Assembly: GCA_964016885.1 (NCBI GenBank) | Contig: OZ024740.1 | Span: forward strand, 114,638,001 to 114,702,000 | Origin: Eledone cirrhosa | Taxonomy: Eukaryota | DNA length: 64,000 nucleotides | Reading direction: 5' to 3' | Shown: in pieces, positions 13,936 through 26,846 of the stretch | How positions within the stretch are numbered: position 1 is the first letter of the stretch | Layout of the letters: each line of letters opens with the position of its first letter | The notes under the pieces: generated by a model | Database searches by the model: none | Told to the model about the DNA's origin: nothing | Seen by the model: the letters and a program-made list of their open reading frames with translations, nothing else | Position numbers and translations under genes: made by a program

Positions 13936-15415
13936 CGTTTGTTTTGTAGTAATTGTATTGTTCTACAATTCACTTTAAAATTAGCATTTTTTGTAGTGCC
14001 AGTGATGATGTTTTGATGTTGGCTGTGTTATTAGCATTGTTGCTATCAGTAATGTTATTCCTATTGATGGTTTTATTGCTGGTTGTTGCGGTGGTGTTGT
14101 TAGCAGTAGTGGTCTTGGTGATAGCGCCACGTGTCAGGGGTTGTATTATTGTGAGGATAGCGATAATAATGATGGTGGCCGCGGTGGTGGTGTTGTTCGT
14201 TGTGGAGTTAGTACTGGTGGTGTTAGCATTAGTTGACATGTTGACCGCGGTCGTGTTAATGGTGTTACTGGTGCTGATGGCAGTATTGGTGGTGTTGGTT
14301 TTAGTGCTGGTGGTGTTGGTTTCGACGTTGATGTTAGTGGCAGCGGCGTCGGCTACGCGGCAATGGTAGTGTTGGTGGTGGTGGTGGTGATAGTTATGGT
14401 GCTGTCGGGTGATAGTGTGACTGTAGACTTCATGCTTTTTTAGCATAAGGGCAGCCCTGATTAAAAACGTTCTCGACATGGTCATCCTATCTTATTTTAA
14501 GACACTCTCTATCTCAGACTGCTCTACCCACTGAGCTCTTTCTTTGCCACGATGGTAGTGTGAGATTTAGAGAGTGTTTGGTTGTTATTTCTAGGAAGTC
14601 TGACTGCAGATAGAGATTCGACTTTTCTGTTATTGTACCTAATTACGAAGGCAAACTCTACTAAACAGGCCCATTCATCAAAGATAAATGTTCATGGATA
14701 GTACTCATTTATTTACAGGCTTTAGTAATTAGATAACGGAATCACCTTCATTTAATTGTATAGACCTCACTACCTTTTTTCAAAGCATATCCTCATGTTA
14801 TCGATCTTTTGTCGAGTCGCTAAAGTTGCGTTACATAAACGCACACACGCACACATACATACATGCATGCATACATACATCCATACATCCATACATACAT
14901 ACATACATACATACATACATGCATGTATGCATGCATACATACATACATACATACATACATACATACATACATACATACATACATACATACATACATACAT
15001 ACATACATTCACACATACATATATACATAAATATATTCATACGTGACCAAATTTCAATGAAATATCGAAAGATCGAGAAATCAAACGCAACGGTTTTGTC
15101 AAAAAGGCCTAACTGAAGAACGCTTGACAAAGATGGCTACTTGTGTTTTCGAATGAATTTGATATGAAAGAAATGTTTACCTTTGGGGCGGTTACGTACT
15201 ACAAAAGGAACATTCCACGTCCTTTCAAATTATTTCGTTCTTATATTCATTTATTTATTTTTTCTACCTTTATTCCTTACTTTATCGCATTTCCACGCTC
15301 TTCAGTATCGTAAAATCTCACAAACGTATCTTATTTTCTTACTTATAATATTTATTTATGTTATATCCATTATATATCTGCGTTTATTTCTGTATTTTGT
15401 TATTACTTTTCATAC

Positions 15416-15477
<62 letters not shown>

Positions 15478-15504
15478 ATATATATATATATATATGTATA
15501 TGTA

Positions 15505-15558
<54 letters not shown>

Positions 15559-15678
15559 TATATATATACATATATACATATATATACATATATACATATA
15601 TATATATATTATGCATACATACATACATATATATATATATATACATATACATTCATACATACACATACACACACACAC

Positions 15679-15711
<33 letters not shown>

Positions 15712-15753
15712 CATATTCATACATACATACACATTAGTATATGTATAGATACA

Positions 15754-15800
<47 letters not shown>

Positions 15801-17309
15801 GTGTATATATATATATACACGTATATATATATTTATACATATATGTATGTACTATACACATATACACACACATATATATATATTTATATATATATACACA
15901 ATTATTTTCTCTTGCATTTCCTATTAGTATCTGTTTTTACCTATATTGTACTTCTATCATTCATTCTTCTATTCTATCAGTTCTTTTCTTTTCAACGATA
16001 TTTTTTTTCTCATAGATATATCCTTTTTTGTGCATTTTAAAATTTATTTTTAGTTTCGATATTTCTATCATTCTAAATATATTTTTATACATACAGATAT
16101 ATATTTATATTATTTCTTTGTTTCTTTCACCCTCGCTGTGACTATCTTTCTATATTACTAACATTTTATATATAGTGTTCTATGTATTTCTCATATATCT
16201 ATATTTGTTTCTTTATGTGTATTTTTAAATATTTCTGTCTGTTTCCTTCTTATAATATATAGTACGTTTGTTAGTATCTATACTTGCATGTCTTATGTTC
16301 TGCATTTTTATGTTCCTGTATATTTTTTTAGTTTCTCAGTAAGAATTACTCTGCAGAGGATTATACTTCTAATATCATATTATAGAAGGAGGCATTGCTT
16401 CGGACTTGCGTGGTTTTGATTTCAATCCTATCGTGAGGCACATTTGGGGTGTAACGTTTACCATATCTACAGCTTAACCAGATCATTATGTGTGATATTT
16501 TGAAGATAAAATTGTATGTATTCACGTCTAAAGAATCATTTTTGCCTTGTTTCTTTGTTGTTGTTTCTTCGTTTCTTTTTGTGGTAGATAGAATTTAGCA
16601 CCGACTTTAACAACATTGTTTATTCAGTAGTCACCTAAGCGGGGTCTACACTCTTCAAATACTCAGAATAACTTTATCCCTTTTTCTCACCAGTCTCAGG
16701 AGCATTATATCGGTCCATGGATGCTCCTATTCATATTCTCTTGAGTAAACGGCTGAACAAGAAATTATTTGCATAAGCCTGTTCATAATAACATTTATCT
16801 TATCATCTGTTCCTTTTGCGGGGGAGACTGGTATCAAAATATTTATATGTATACATGTGTATGTGTATGTATGTGCATGTGTACAAAACTCTATTTGCGT
16901 TTGCGTGTGAGAGCCTATCAACACTGTAGTGAAGAAAAAGGAGAAAATATGTTTAAAAATATGATTGAGTAACATAGACAGTTAAATTGAAGTTTGGTGG
17001 GTGTGAAGCATTCATGAGTGCAACATTATTAAAATGAACACGCGGAGAATTATCTTGAAAAAAGGCTATTTGTTTATTTTCGTTTGCAGAAACCTATTTC
17101 GAACTATCAACCGTTGGCAAAAACACCAAGAGTGATCTAAAAAAATTAAATATATTAATATATACATAAACATATATATATATATATATATATAGGAGAA
17201 TATATGCCTAAACCAGATAGAAACATAAATATTGCCCATTAATATGACACCTAATAAAATTTAATCAATATTTCCACAAAATGACTAATACCTGGTTTAA
17301 AAAAAAAGG

Positions 17310-17344
<35 letters not shown>

Positions 17345-17386
17345 CGGCATATACATATATACATACAGGCACATACATACATACAT

Positions 17387-17450
<64 letters not shown>

Positions 17451-17470
17451 TTACATATATACAGATTTAC

Positions 17471-17522
<52 letters not shown>

Positions 17523-18088
17523 ACACACACACATACACTCATAATTACATTTTTTTTATATATTATAGTTAGATACCACATTTACAGTTAAATACGACAG
17601 TGAAATGATCACATCTAATAGGAAATTGCTACTAAATTAACTAAACAAGAAAGAAAAAAGCGACAGCAAAAACTACGCCAATCAAAAAGAAGTTATATAT
17701 GAGAAAGAGCAAAATTTTCTAATTTCAGCCTAAACACCTTAAAATAGGCGTCAAAGCGTCGAGTTTTTGTCGTCGAAATTCATCACAGGGAAAATCATTG
17801 ATGTAATAATACTAACATGAGAAATGTTTGATCGAATTTTCTTTTTCCTTTTCAAAGACACTTTGTCGATGTTTCAAGAATTTGCTATCGTTAATTATTT
17901 CTTTTAGTTCATAAACATAGAGATGAAAGATGGCGCTTCTCTTATTTGTGCGTTATTTATTTTTTTTTTTTCCATAATTAGCGTTGCCAAATATCAAAGA
18001 TCAGTAGTAAAATGCCTGGTGCTATTTTAGAAATATACGCACATATATACATAAGAATACAGAGACACACACACATACAAACACGCAC

Positions 18089-18148
<60 letters not shown>

Positions 18149-18156
18149 CCTATATA

Positions 18157-18262
<106 letters not shown>

Positions 18263-18625
18263 CGTGTATGAGGTGTCGGTTCGTGTACCTGAGTTGAGAT
18301 GCGAGTGAATGTATGTACACCCATAGACACAGATACATACATTGTACATACATGCATGCATGCATGCATACATACGTACATATATACACACATACATACA
18401 TCATTCATATGTGCGTACATACATATATACATAAACACGCAATTATCGAGAGAAAGAATATAAAATGTAAAATAATTCAAATATGCGCAATGGTTTTCAG
18501 AGAAATATTCTATATGCATATGTCTGGGTGTTAGTGTCACACACATATATATACACACGTACTAATGATTATATATGCATCTATCTATGTATCTATATAT
18601 ATATATATATCTTTCTCCCCCCCCC

Positions 18626-18671
<46 letters not shown>

Positions 18672-19101
18672 GTGTGTTTATGTGCGTACCTGATGCAAAT
18701 TCGTGTGTGTTCGTATTCGTTTATGAATTATACACACATAGTACTGTTGAGAGTCTCTAATGTCTTGTTATTCGTAATATATTATTCAGTAATTGTGATG
18801 AAGGGGAATAAATTTAAATATCGTTTCCGGAATGTTCTTGTTGGCAATACACATGTAGACATATATATATCACACTTGAAAGATTTGCAACAATATTGAT
18901 GGATATCAATTGGCAATTGAATTGATATGAAAATGTAGTAATATAGACATTTTATGATAATATTGTTGCATACAGGAAAATTTAAATAGTTAAATATACA
19001 TACGTTTCACAAAGCATAAATATATCTACAGAGAGAAACATTATAATATAGATTTAAAGATATATATATTGCTTATATACATATATCTATTGTGTAACTA
19101 G

Positions 19102-19385
19102 TGGAGGCACGTGGCCTAGTGGTAAGGGTGTTGGACTTACGATCATAATGTCGGGACTCGATTCCTGAGTTGCGTGTTGTGTTCTTGAGCAAAACTCTTC
19201 ATTTCACGTTGCTGCAGTATACTAAGCAGAAAATGAGTACCAGCAATAGCTGGAGATTTTACCCTGCGACGGACTGGCGTCCTGTCCAGGGGCTGTCGTG
19301 TACTCTCAGTAGCTTCACGCCATGAAATCGGGATAAGCACCGGCCAAATGAGCCTTCTGGCTTAAGACAGACTTTAGACTTTAGA
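19102..19385 (+). mobile_element. tRNA-derived SINE with CORE-like and V-like central domains and (AGACTTT)n tail
   Basis: A box tggcctagtgg and B-box-like gactcgattcc, then gtgttgtgttcttgagcaa (CORE-like) and ccctgcgacggactggcgtcctgtccagggg (V-like). Ends in a tandem tail. Confidence 0.7.
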
Positions 19386-19749
19386 TTGTTTAACTGCTGT
19401 GTTTGTTTTTCTTGTTCTGCTAGTTTTGAGGCGGCGAGTAAATGTTTTCCAGTTCCATATTTTCTGATTTATATATATGACCAGATTATCCAATATGTGG
19501 TTTTTTATTATAAAAGAGTATGATTGTAAGAAATTCTTGTTGCTTTTTCAAACTAAGCTCTAGGAAATCATTATCAGCTGATATGTACTCTCATCCCGCT
19601 GGATAAGCTTCTGGGTATGGAACAAACTCTACATTTACACTAAGATGGACCTTGTTCGATCTACTAAAAATAGTGGCAGCCCACCTTCAAATTAAAGCCT
19701 CCCGTTCTTTAGAATAATTTAGGCACAAGATCAGCAATTTACGTGCAGT

Positions 19750-20010
19750 GGTGGAAGGTGATGAAATCAAACACAATATTTGATTGACAATATATTTTAT
19801 CGACCTCGGTAGGTGAAAAGTAAAGTTGATATCGGCGGGATTAGAACTTAGATCTTAAAATGCCACAAAACAGTTTTCCGACGTTCTAACAGACCTGCCA
19901 ATCCATAACATTAATAATAATAAATTTATTATTGAAACATGAGGCTAACAATTTTGTGGAGAGGTCAACGTTGTATATAACAACCCAGTAGTTTACTGGT
20001 ATTATATTTT
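19750..20010 (-). mobile_element. Degenerate Nin-like SINE fragments
   Basis: ttttatcgacctcggtaggtgaaaagtaaagttgatatcggcgggattagaac matches the SINE reverse complement. Confidence 0.55.
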
Positions 20011-20532
20011 ATTGGCGGGATTAAAGTACACAAACGAAAGTAAATACAAGGCGGTATCTATCGATATCTACCACTCATTTGACAGCATTCATTATGCGAA
20101 CATGTACATGAAAACAACATTACCACCAATGATGTATTCTTTCAGCATGGTAGAATACCCAGCCAAGTTTCTCCTGAATGCACATTCTTCGATCTTAAAA
20201 GACGAACAGGATCTACATGAATTAAACGGTTTTGACACTAAGTGTTGTTTTGACACTAAGTGTTGTTTTGGCACTAAGTGTTGAACGGTGGCTAAATAAC
20301 AACAGCAAAAAAACATCATCGTATTTATTAATTTCTTAGTACCATGTTCCTCAACCATTTCAATTATCATTAATCTTCTCATTTTCCTCAGCTCTCTTAG
20401 GATTTCCATCATCACCATCATACTCTTTCCATCATCATCGTCATAATCTTCTTCGTCGGCGGTGGCGTTAGTGACAGCGTCATTGTTATCGTCATTATTA
20501 AGATAGTCACCGCCATGATTGCTTATACTAAT

Positions 20533-20564
20533 CCTCCTCCTCCTCCTCCTCCTCCTCCTCCTCC

Positions 20565-20660
<96 letters not shown>
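20533..20660. repeat. (TCC)n(TCA)n compound microsatellite
   Basis: Seen directly in the sequence. Confidence 0.95.
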
Positions 20661-20731
20661 GAAACAAAAATATTGACATCAAGTATTAATATATACAATA
20701 TCATCTTTCTGATAGGCATTATTTTCATCAG

Positions 20732-21120
20732 GGCGGTGGATTGGCAGTATTGGTAGAGGGTCGGACGCCATATTTGACGTATAGAGTTTCGGCCCTTGCC
20801 ATTCTGAGTTCAAATCCCGCCGAGGTTAACTTTGCCTTTCATCCCTACGGGGTCGATAAAATACAGTACCAGTAATGTGCTGAGTAATTGCTGGCCTTGT
20901 GCCAAAAGTAGAAACAATTATTTTCATCAGGATGGCGGGGGATTGGCAGTATCGGTAGAGGGTCAGACGCCATGCTTTGACGCATAGAGTTACGCCCCTT
21001 TACGGTCTGAGTTCAAGTTCCACCGCGGTTAACTTTGCCTTTCATCCTTACGGGGTCGATAAAATAAAGTACCAGTAATACACTGGGATAATTGCTGGCC
21101 TTGTGCCAAAAGTAGAAACA
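20732..21120 (+). mobile_element. Two tandem copies of the abundant SINE separated by a repeated target sequence
   Basis: Units ggcgg..gattggcagtat...gagttcaa...ggggtcgataaaat...cttgtgccaaaagtagaaac. ATTATTTTCATCAG occurs at 20718, 20917 and 21121. Confidence 0.85.
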
Positions 21121-21909
21121 ATTATTTTCATCAGCATCAACATCATCGTTATGAACAAATTTAACATTGCGCCCATCATCATCATCACCACCGTCATCAA
21201 CATCACCAACGACAATAGCAACTCCACCAACAATTGCAATACTACTACTATCAACAAGACTACCAACAACAACCACATCGTCACCACAACCGCTACATGC
21301 AACAAACCCCACCATCAACCCACCCAAAGTAGCTAGAACAATTATCACTAAAACATCAATAATAACACCAAACCCAGCATTAACCCAAACAAAAGCAACT
21401 AAAAATAAACAAAAACCAACAACACCACCACCACCTCTACCTTCACTAAAATAGCAACACCGACACCATCACCGAACACAATGTAACCACAATTCAATTA
21501 TACTAATATAAATTCGATACATATTGCTCATCCACCAGCAGGTCTCCATTGACACGTATTTATTTAGTCCCAAACGTAACGAAACACTAATGTGGTTATT
21601 ATCAGTAAACAAATTGGAGACCAGCCCAGTCTATCGAAACAGAATCGCAGGCACAAACATGTAAACATCCAGAAACGCATAATGGCACACACACACATTT
21701 CGTATAACCATGCATACATACATACATACATACATACATACATACATACATACATACATACATACATACATACATACATACATACATACACATACACACA
21801 CATACATACATACATTCACACATGCATGCATGTGTGCATTCTCGAACCCATATACTCATATATTTGTATATGCAGGCAAATACACTGACGCAAAATATTC
21901 ACAAATATG

Positions 21910-21940
<31 letters not shown>

Positions 21941-22854
21941 ATGTCTATGTGCTTGTGTGTATAGACACACGCACTCACATACATATGTATATGTTACTGA
22001 GAGTGGGAAGGCCACAAATCAAAGAAGTACTAAATAAATGGTAAATGCAGAGTGGGTATATTAATAACAGTAGAGGATCGACCCTGAGCCCTGTGGTCTC
22101 GGCTGTTTATATCATATTTTCGATGTAATATATATGTATTAAAAATTTCCTTTCTTCTTTCAATGTCCCTTTCCCTCACATATACTGTATTTCGGATGAA
22201 GGACCTGTGTGAGAAAACATTTCTTTGTCAATGAATTTATTGCTATGCAAACTCGCAAAATTACAATTGTATGTTACAAACCTGCCTGTAGAAGAAGTGA
22301 AATAAACAATCCTGTTCCTCCAATATGACCCGACAAACAAGTTAAGATATTCTTCAGTTCGTTAGAAGCAGAATCATTTGGTTAAAAAACGGGGTCTATT
22401 TGTACAGTGAGATAAAATGCACCCTGGGGTTAAATGCATATTTGTGGAACGTAAAAATTTGTCTTTTTACATTAGTTATCAATCCATCTCAATAGGTAGA
22501 CCATAGCGTTTGGAAGTGTCTTACAGAGCTGGTCAAAGGAAGGTTTCTGCTAAATGGTCGAAACAATCTGCTATTCATAAGTATTCTTTTTACTGCGCAA
22601 TCAAAATAATCTTCCACAAAAATAAAATACTAACAACGTCACCATGCTAATCTGGTCCCTTACGATTTGAACACATATGTGTATATATCTGTGTTCGTCT
22701 TTCTTTTATATTCAATTATAATATACGGGTCGGAAAAATCTCTTTTTTAGAGGTATTTTATTGTAAGAAATTATTTTGAGTTTCTAACTCAATATATACC
22801 TTTGATATATATATATATATATCTCGGGAATTTTACCCGCCCTAGAATATATTT

Positions 22855-24133
22855 ATTTGGATTTAATGCTCTGAAATAGCGATATATATGTGAAGACAAA
22901 CATAGAATATTCGAAAATATTCTGTATGTTTATAATAACCATTTTGAAGACCCAATCGCTATAGAATAGAATACGTCACGTATTACAATTTGAGATTCTC
23001 GATAAAAGCAAGGGAAGTAATCTACGCGTTTCATTCTTATTAGAAATCATCAGGATTACATATCCAATGCTTTTATCGAGAACGACACAGCTAGAGACTT
23101 ATAGAATACTTAGCTGTGTACAGGAACTGGTTTGAAAGAGCGGTAGCCGGTCCGGCAGAAATTAGAATTTGGATTTAATGCTCTGAAATAGCGATATATA
23201 TGTGAAGACAAACATAGAATATTCGAAAATATTCTGTATGTTTATAATAAACATTTTGAAGACCCAATCGCTATAGAATAGAATACGTCACGTATTACAA
23301 TTTGAGATTCTCGATAAAAGCAAGGGAAGTAATCTACGCGTTTCATTCTTATTAGAAATCATCAGGATTACATATCCAATGCTTTTATCGAGAACGACAC
23401 AGCTAGAAACTTATAGAATACTTAGCTGTGTACAGGAACTGGTTTGAAAGAGCGGTAGCCGGTCCGGCGGAAATTAGAATTTGGATTTAATGCTCTTAAA
23501 TAGCGATATATATGTGAAGACAAACATAGAATATTCGAAAATATTCTGTATGTTTATAATAAACATTTTGAAGACCCAATCGCTATAGAATAGAATACGT
23601 CACGTATTACAATTTGAGATTCTCGATAAAAGCAAGGGAAGTAATCCACGCGTTTCATTCTTATTAGAAATCATCAGGATGATGAAACGCGTAGATTACT
23701 TCCCTTGCTTTTATCGAGAATCTCAAATTGTAATACGTGACGTATTCTATTCTATAGCGATTGGGTCTTCAAAATGTTTATTATAAACATACAGAATATT
23801 TTCGAATATTCTATGTTTGTCTTCACATATATATCGCTATTTCTGAGCATTAAATCCAAATTCTAATTTCTGCCGGACCGGCTACCGCTCTTTCAAACCA
23901 GTTCCTGTACACAGCTAAGTATTCTATAAGTCTCTAGCTGTGTCGTTCTCGATAAAAGCATTGGATATGTAATCCTGATGATTTCTAATAAGAATGAAAC
24001 GCGTAGATTACTTCCCTTGCTTTTATCGAGAATCTCAAATTGTAATACGTGACGTATTCTATTCTATAGCGATTGGGTCTTCAAAATGTTTATTATAAAC
24101 ATACAGAATATTTTCGAATATTCTATGTTTGTC
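22855..24133. mobile_element. Non-LTR-retrozyme-like array: ~2.6 x 312-bp monomers (ribozyme sense on -) fused to ~1.4 inverted monomers
   Basis: atttggatttaatgctc at 22855, 23167 and 23479; inversion at ~23681. HHR GTAATC-CTGATGA-tTTCTaataAGAAt-GAAAC-gc-GTA^GATTAC at 23969-24011 (+), and at 23017-23059 and 23329-23371 (-). Confidence 0.9.
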
Positions 24134-24159
24134 ATATATATATATATATATATATATAT

Positions 24160-24445
24160 AGGAACCAGTAAGACCCCGACAGCTGAGCTCAAGCCGTTTC
24201 GACGGCTAATTCTGGACTAAATGAAAATTTATCCTGGTATTTAAATAGCCGATCTTCTCAAGGGGTAATTCCATATATGGAAATACCAGGATAAATTTTC
24301 ATTTAGTCCAGAATTAGCCGTCGAAACGGCTTGAGCTCAGCTGTCGGGGTCTTACTGGTTCCTATTACCCACTCTACTACCTCAAGTATTGAGTACTTTG
24401 GTGCGTTATGGTCCACCTGGTTCCTTACCACATTTCCTTCGTTAT
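24160..24445 (+). mobile_element. Fold-back pLTR-like fragment carrying the 3' half of a hammerhead
   Basis: Inverted arms 24160-24243 / 24281-24364, with GAAACGGC-tTGAGCTCA-GCTGTC^GGGGTC. The tail matches 54863-54961 in reverse. Confidence 0.65.
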
Positions 24446-24526
24446 ATATATATATATATATATATTTCGTTTCTAAAATTGTTTAAGCAAGATTCTTTAT
24501 CTGAAAACGTGTGTTGAAACCGATAT

Positions 24527-25082
24527 TGTTATACTTTAGGAGGGTGATGTTGCCAATAAGAAACACACGCACCAGTTGCTTTCACTCCAACTTTTTTAAA
24601 AAACCTTTTTAAAAAATGTTTTTTAAAAATATTTTTCAAAAAAAACAAAAAAAACTAATAAATTTCCGGTTGGTTGGTTGGTTCCACAACCGGACGGTTG
24701 TTCATATATTGTCAAAGTTCTTTCGTCACACATTCTGTGGCCTCTTCAGTGACTGGAGATTTTTTCTTTGTTTAGTGCCTCGCTTTTGTTCTGTCCTACG
24801 CCATCTTGTTTTTGTGTGTGAACACACACAAAAACAAGATGGCGTAGGACAGAAAAAAAGAGAGGCACGAAAAAACTTTGACAATATATGAACAACCGTC
24901 CGGTTGTGGAACCAACCAACGAACCGGAAATTTATAAATTTTTTTTTTTTTTTTAAGTTTAAAAAAAAAAATTTTTTAGAAAGGTTTTTTAAAAGAGGTT
25001 TTTAATTTATAATAAATTGGAGTAAAAGCAACTGGTGCGTGTGTTTCTTATTGGCAACATGACCCTCCCAAAGTATAACAAT
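24527..25082. mobile_element. Palindrome of the 3' tail of the Penelope family at 26845-28780
   Basis: Centre at ~24821; arms match 28520-28780. HHR present in the left arm (24711-24754, -) but its core is deleted in the right arm. Confidence 0.8.
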
Positions 25083-25130
25083 ATATATATATGTGAATAT
25101 AGACATAGAATATTCGAAAATATTCTGTAT

Positions 25131-25234
<104 letters not shown>

Positions 25235-25299
25235 TTATTAAAATAACAGATTAAAGTTTAAGCAAAGAATCGCTGCTTTCACCCTTAACGGGAATATTC

Positions 25300-26188
25300 A
25301 ATGATATTTAATAAATGTAAACTATATTTATAAAACCATATTTATTCTATTATGTATATTTCAAGGGTACCAAAACTTTGGTACTCTTTCATCAGATAAA
25401 ATACAAAGTTTGTTTGATAAATTTTGACATAACCATGAAAAGATACCTTAACGGTTTTTCTTGGATAGTGAAGGGAAAAGAGAAGAAAAGTCAGATATTT
25501 AAAATTATTAAGGTGAGTATGGAAATGAGGTTGTGGTACAAATTGTTCTCCTCATATACAATCAACATCCTTCGTAACTCATATTAGAAATATAAACAAC
25601 TAATAATTGTAAATTATTTCTATTTCTATAATATTTATACATGCACAATTATTAATCTATATAGATATTTATATACTTACAACCCATTGTAATGTAATGA
25701 GATAACATCTACTTACAACCATAATTCTTCATATAATCTAATTGATTATATATACAATAATATAGCTAAATAAATTTAAATTCTGGAATCATATTCCACC
25801 ATTCCCGCAACTTGTTAATTCCTTTTAAATTAACGTAAATATAAGACAGGCTCTTTTTTCTTCTTTTTTTCTTCTGCCTACTCATACATACATATATCCT
25901 AATTATTTAAATTCTGCATAGCGTCTAAAATAACGTTTTTTTTTCAGCCCTATACCTCAACCTTGTTTGTATACTCATCTTAATAATTTGAAATATCTGA
26001 CTTTTCTTCTCTTTCCCCTTCGCTATCCAAGAAAAACTTGAACCGTTAAGGTATCTTTTCTTGGTTATGTCAAAATTTATAAAACACACTTCGTATTTTA
26101 TCTGAAGAAAACGTGCCAAAGTTTTGGTACCCTTGAAATATATATAAATATGGTTTTATAAATATAGTTTCCATTTATTAAATATCAT

Positions 26189-26190
<2 letters not shown>
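25300..26190. mobile_element. Diverged inverted pair of HHR-bearing tails (25300-25520 / 25970-26190)
   Basis: The arms are imperfect reverse complements with CTGA(T/A)GA...GTACC/GGTAC stem...GAAAtata. The tail matches the 46971-47345 family (aaatatggttttataaatatagttt). Confidence 0.65.
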
Positions 26191-26233
<43 letters not shown>

Positions 26234-26340
26234 AAGGAAAAAACACCAGTGTATGGAATCTATAACCTATGAAAGGCAGAATATAGACACGATAATTAAA
26301 ATTATAAATTAAACTGTAAATAAATACCTCTATAACTATA

Positions 26341-26426
26341 TAACACACGTACAAATCCAAAGTGATCTGATTCGCCAGTAAGTTGTTGACAGAAATGAAA
26401 TAACCCAGGTTCATCAGCGTGTGTTA
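26341..26426 (-). ncRNA. Hammerhead motif with 9-bp stem I, A15.1 changed to U
   Basis: TAACACACG-CTGATGA-...-GAAT-CAGATCactttgGATTTG-TA^CGTGTGTTA. Confidence 0.55.
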
Positions 26427-26762
26427 GGCTATACATTTCAGACAACACTAAGAGAATTTCTAAAGCGTTTGTCCAACTACACGTGGGAGAGAGAAGTCAC
26501 AGCGTGTTTAAGGGCAGTGAACCAGTTGCCTCTGAGCGACGAGCTGCTAGAAAGGGCAGCCCAAAACCACTCAGAGAAGTGTGCTCAACCAAACAGAGAA
26601 AGAGGAAAGACTGTTATAAGGAGCGAAATATGATGGCGCACTGTATTTTTCTCTAGTGTGTTACCTTTTCAACATATTGTACTTTAAAGTGCTCAGGATT
26701 TCCACTCCTTTGAGCACATTATTTACAGGGAACGGCGAGAGTCTATGGCTCCGTTAATGTAT

Positions 26763-26844
<82 letters not shown>

Positions 26845-26846
<2 letters not shown>

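Noticed and set aside
13953-14485. Hydrophobic 138-aa and Thr/Asn-rich 171-aa ORFs resembling membrane or mucin proteins
   Set aside because: Degenerate (GGT/GTT/GAT)n trinucleotide low-complexity tract; the same applies to 20092-20728 and 21013-21454.
19102-19172. tRNA gene
   Set aside because: It is a tRNA-derived SINE head continuing into SINE body sequence, with no complete cloverleaf.
20229-20282. Three copies of 18-bp GTTTTGACACTAAGTGTT
   Set aside because: Simple spacerless minisatellite.
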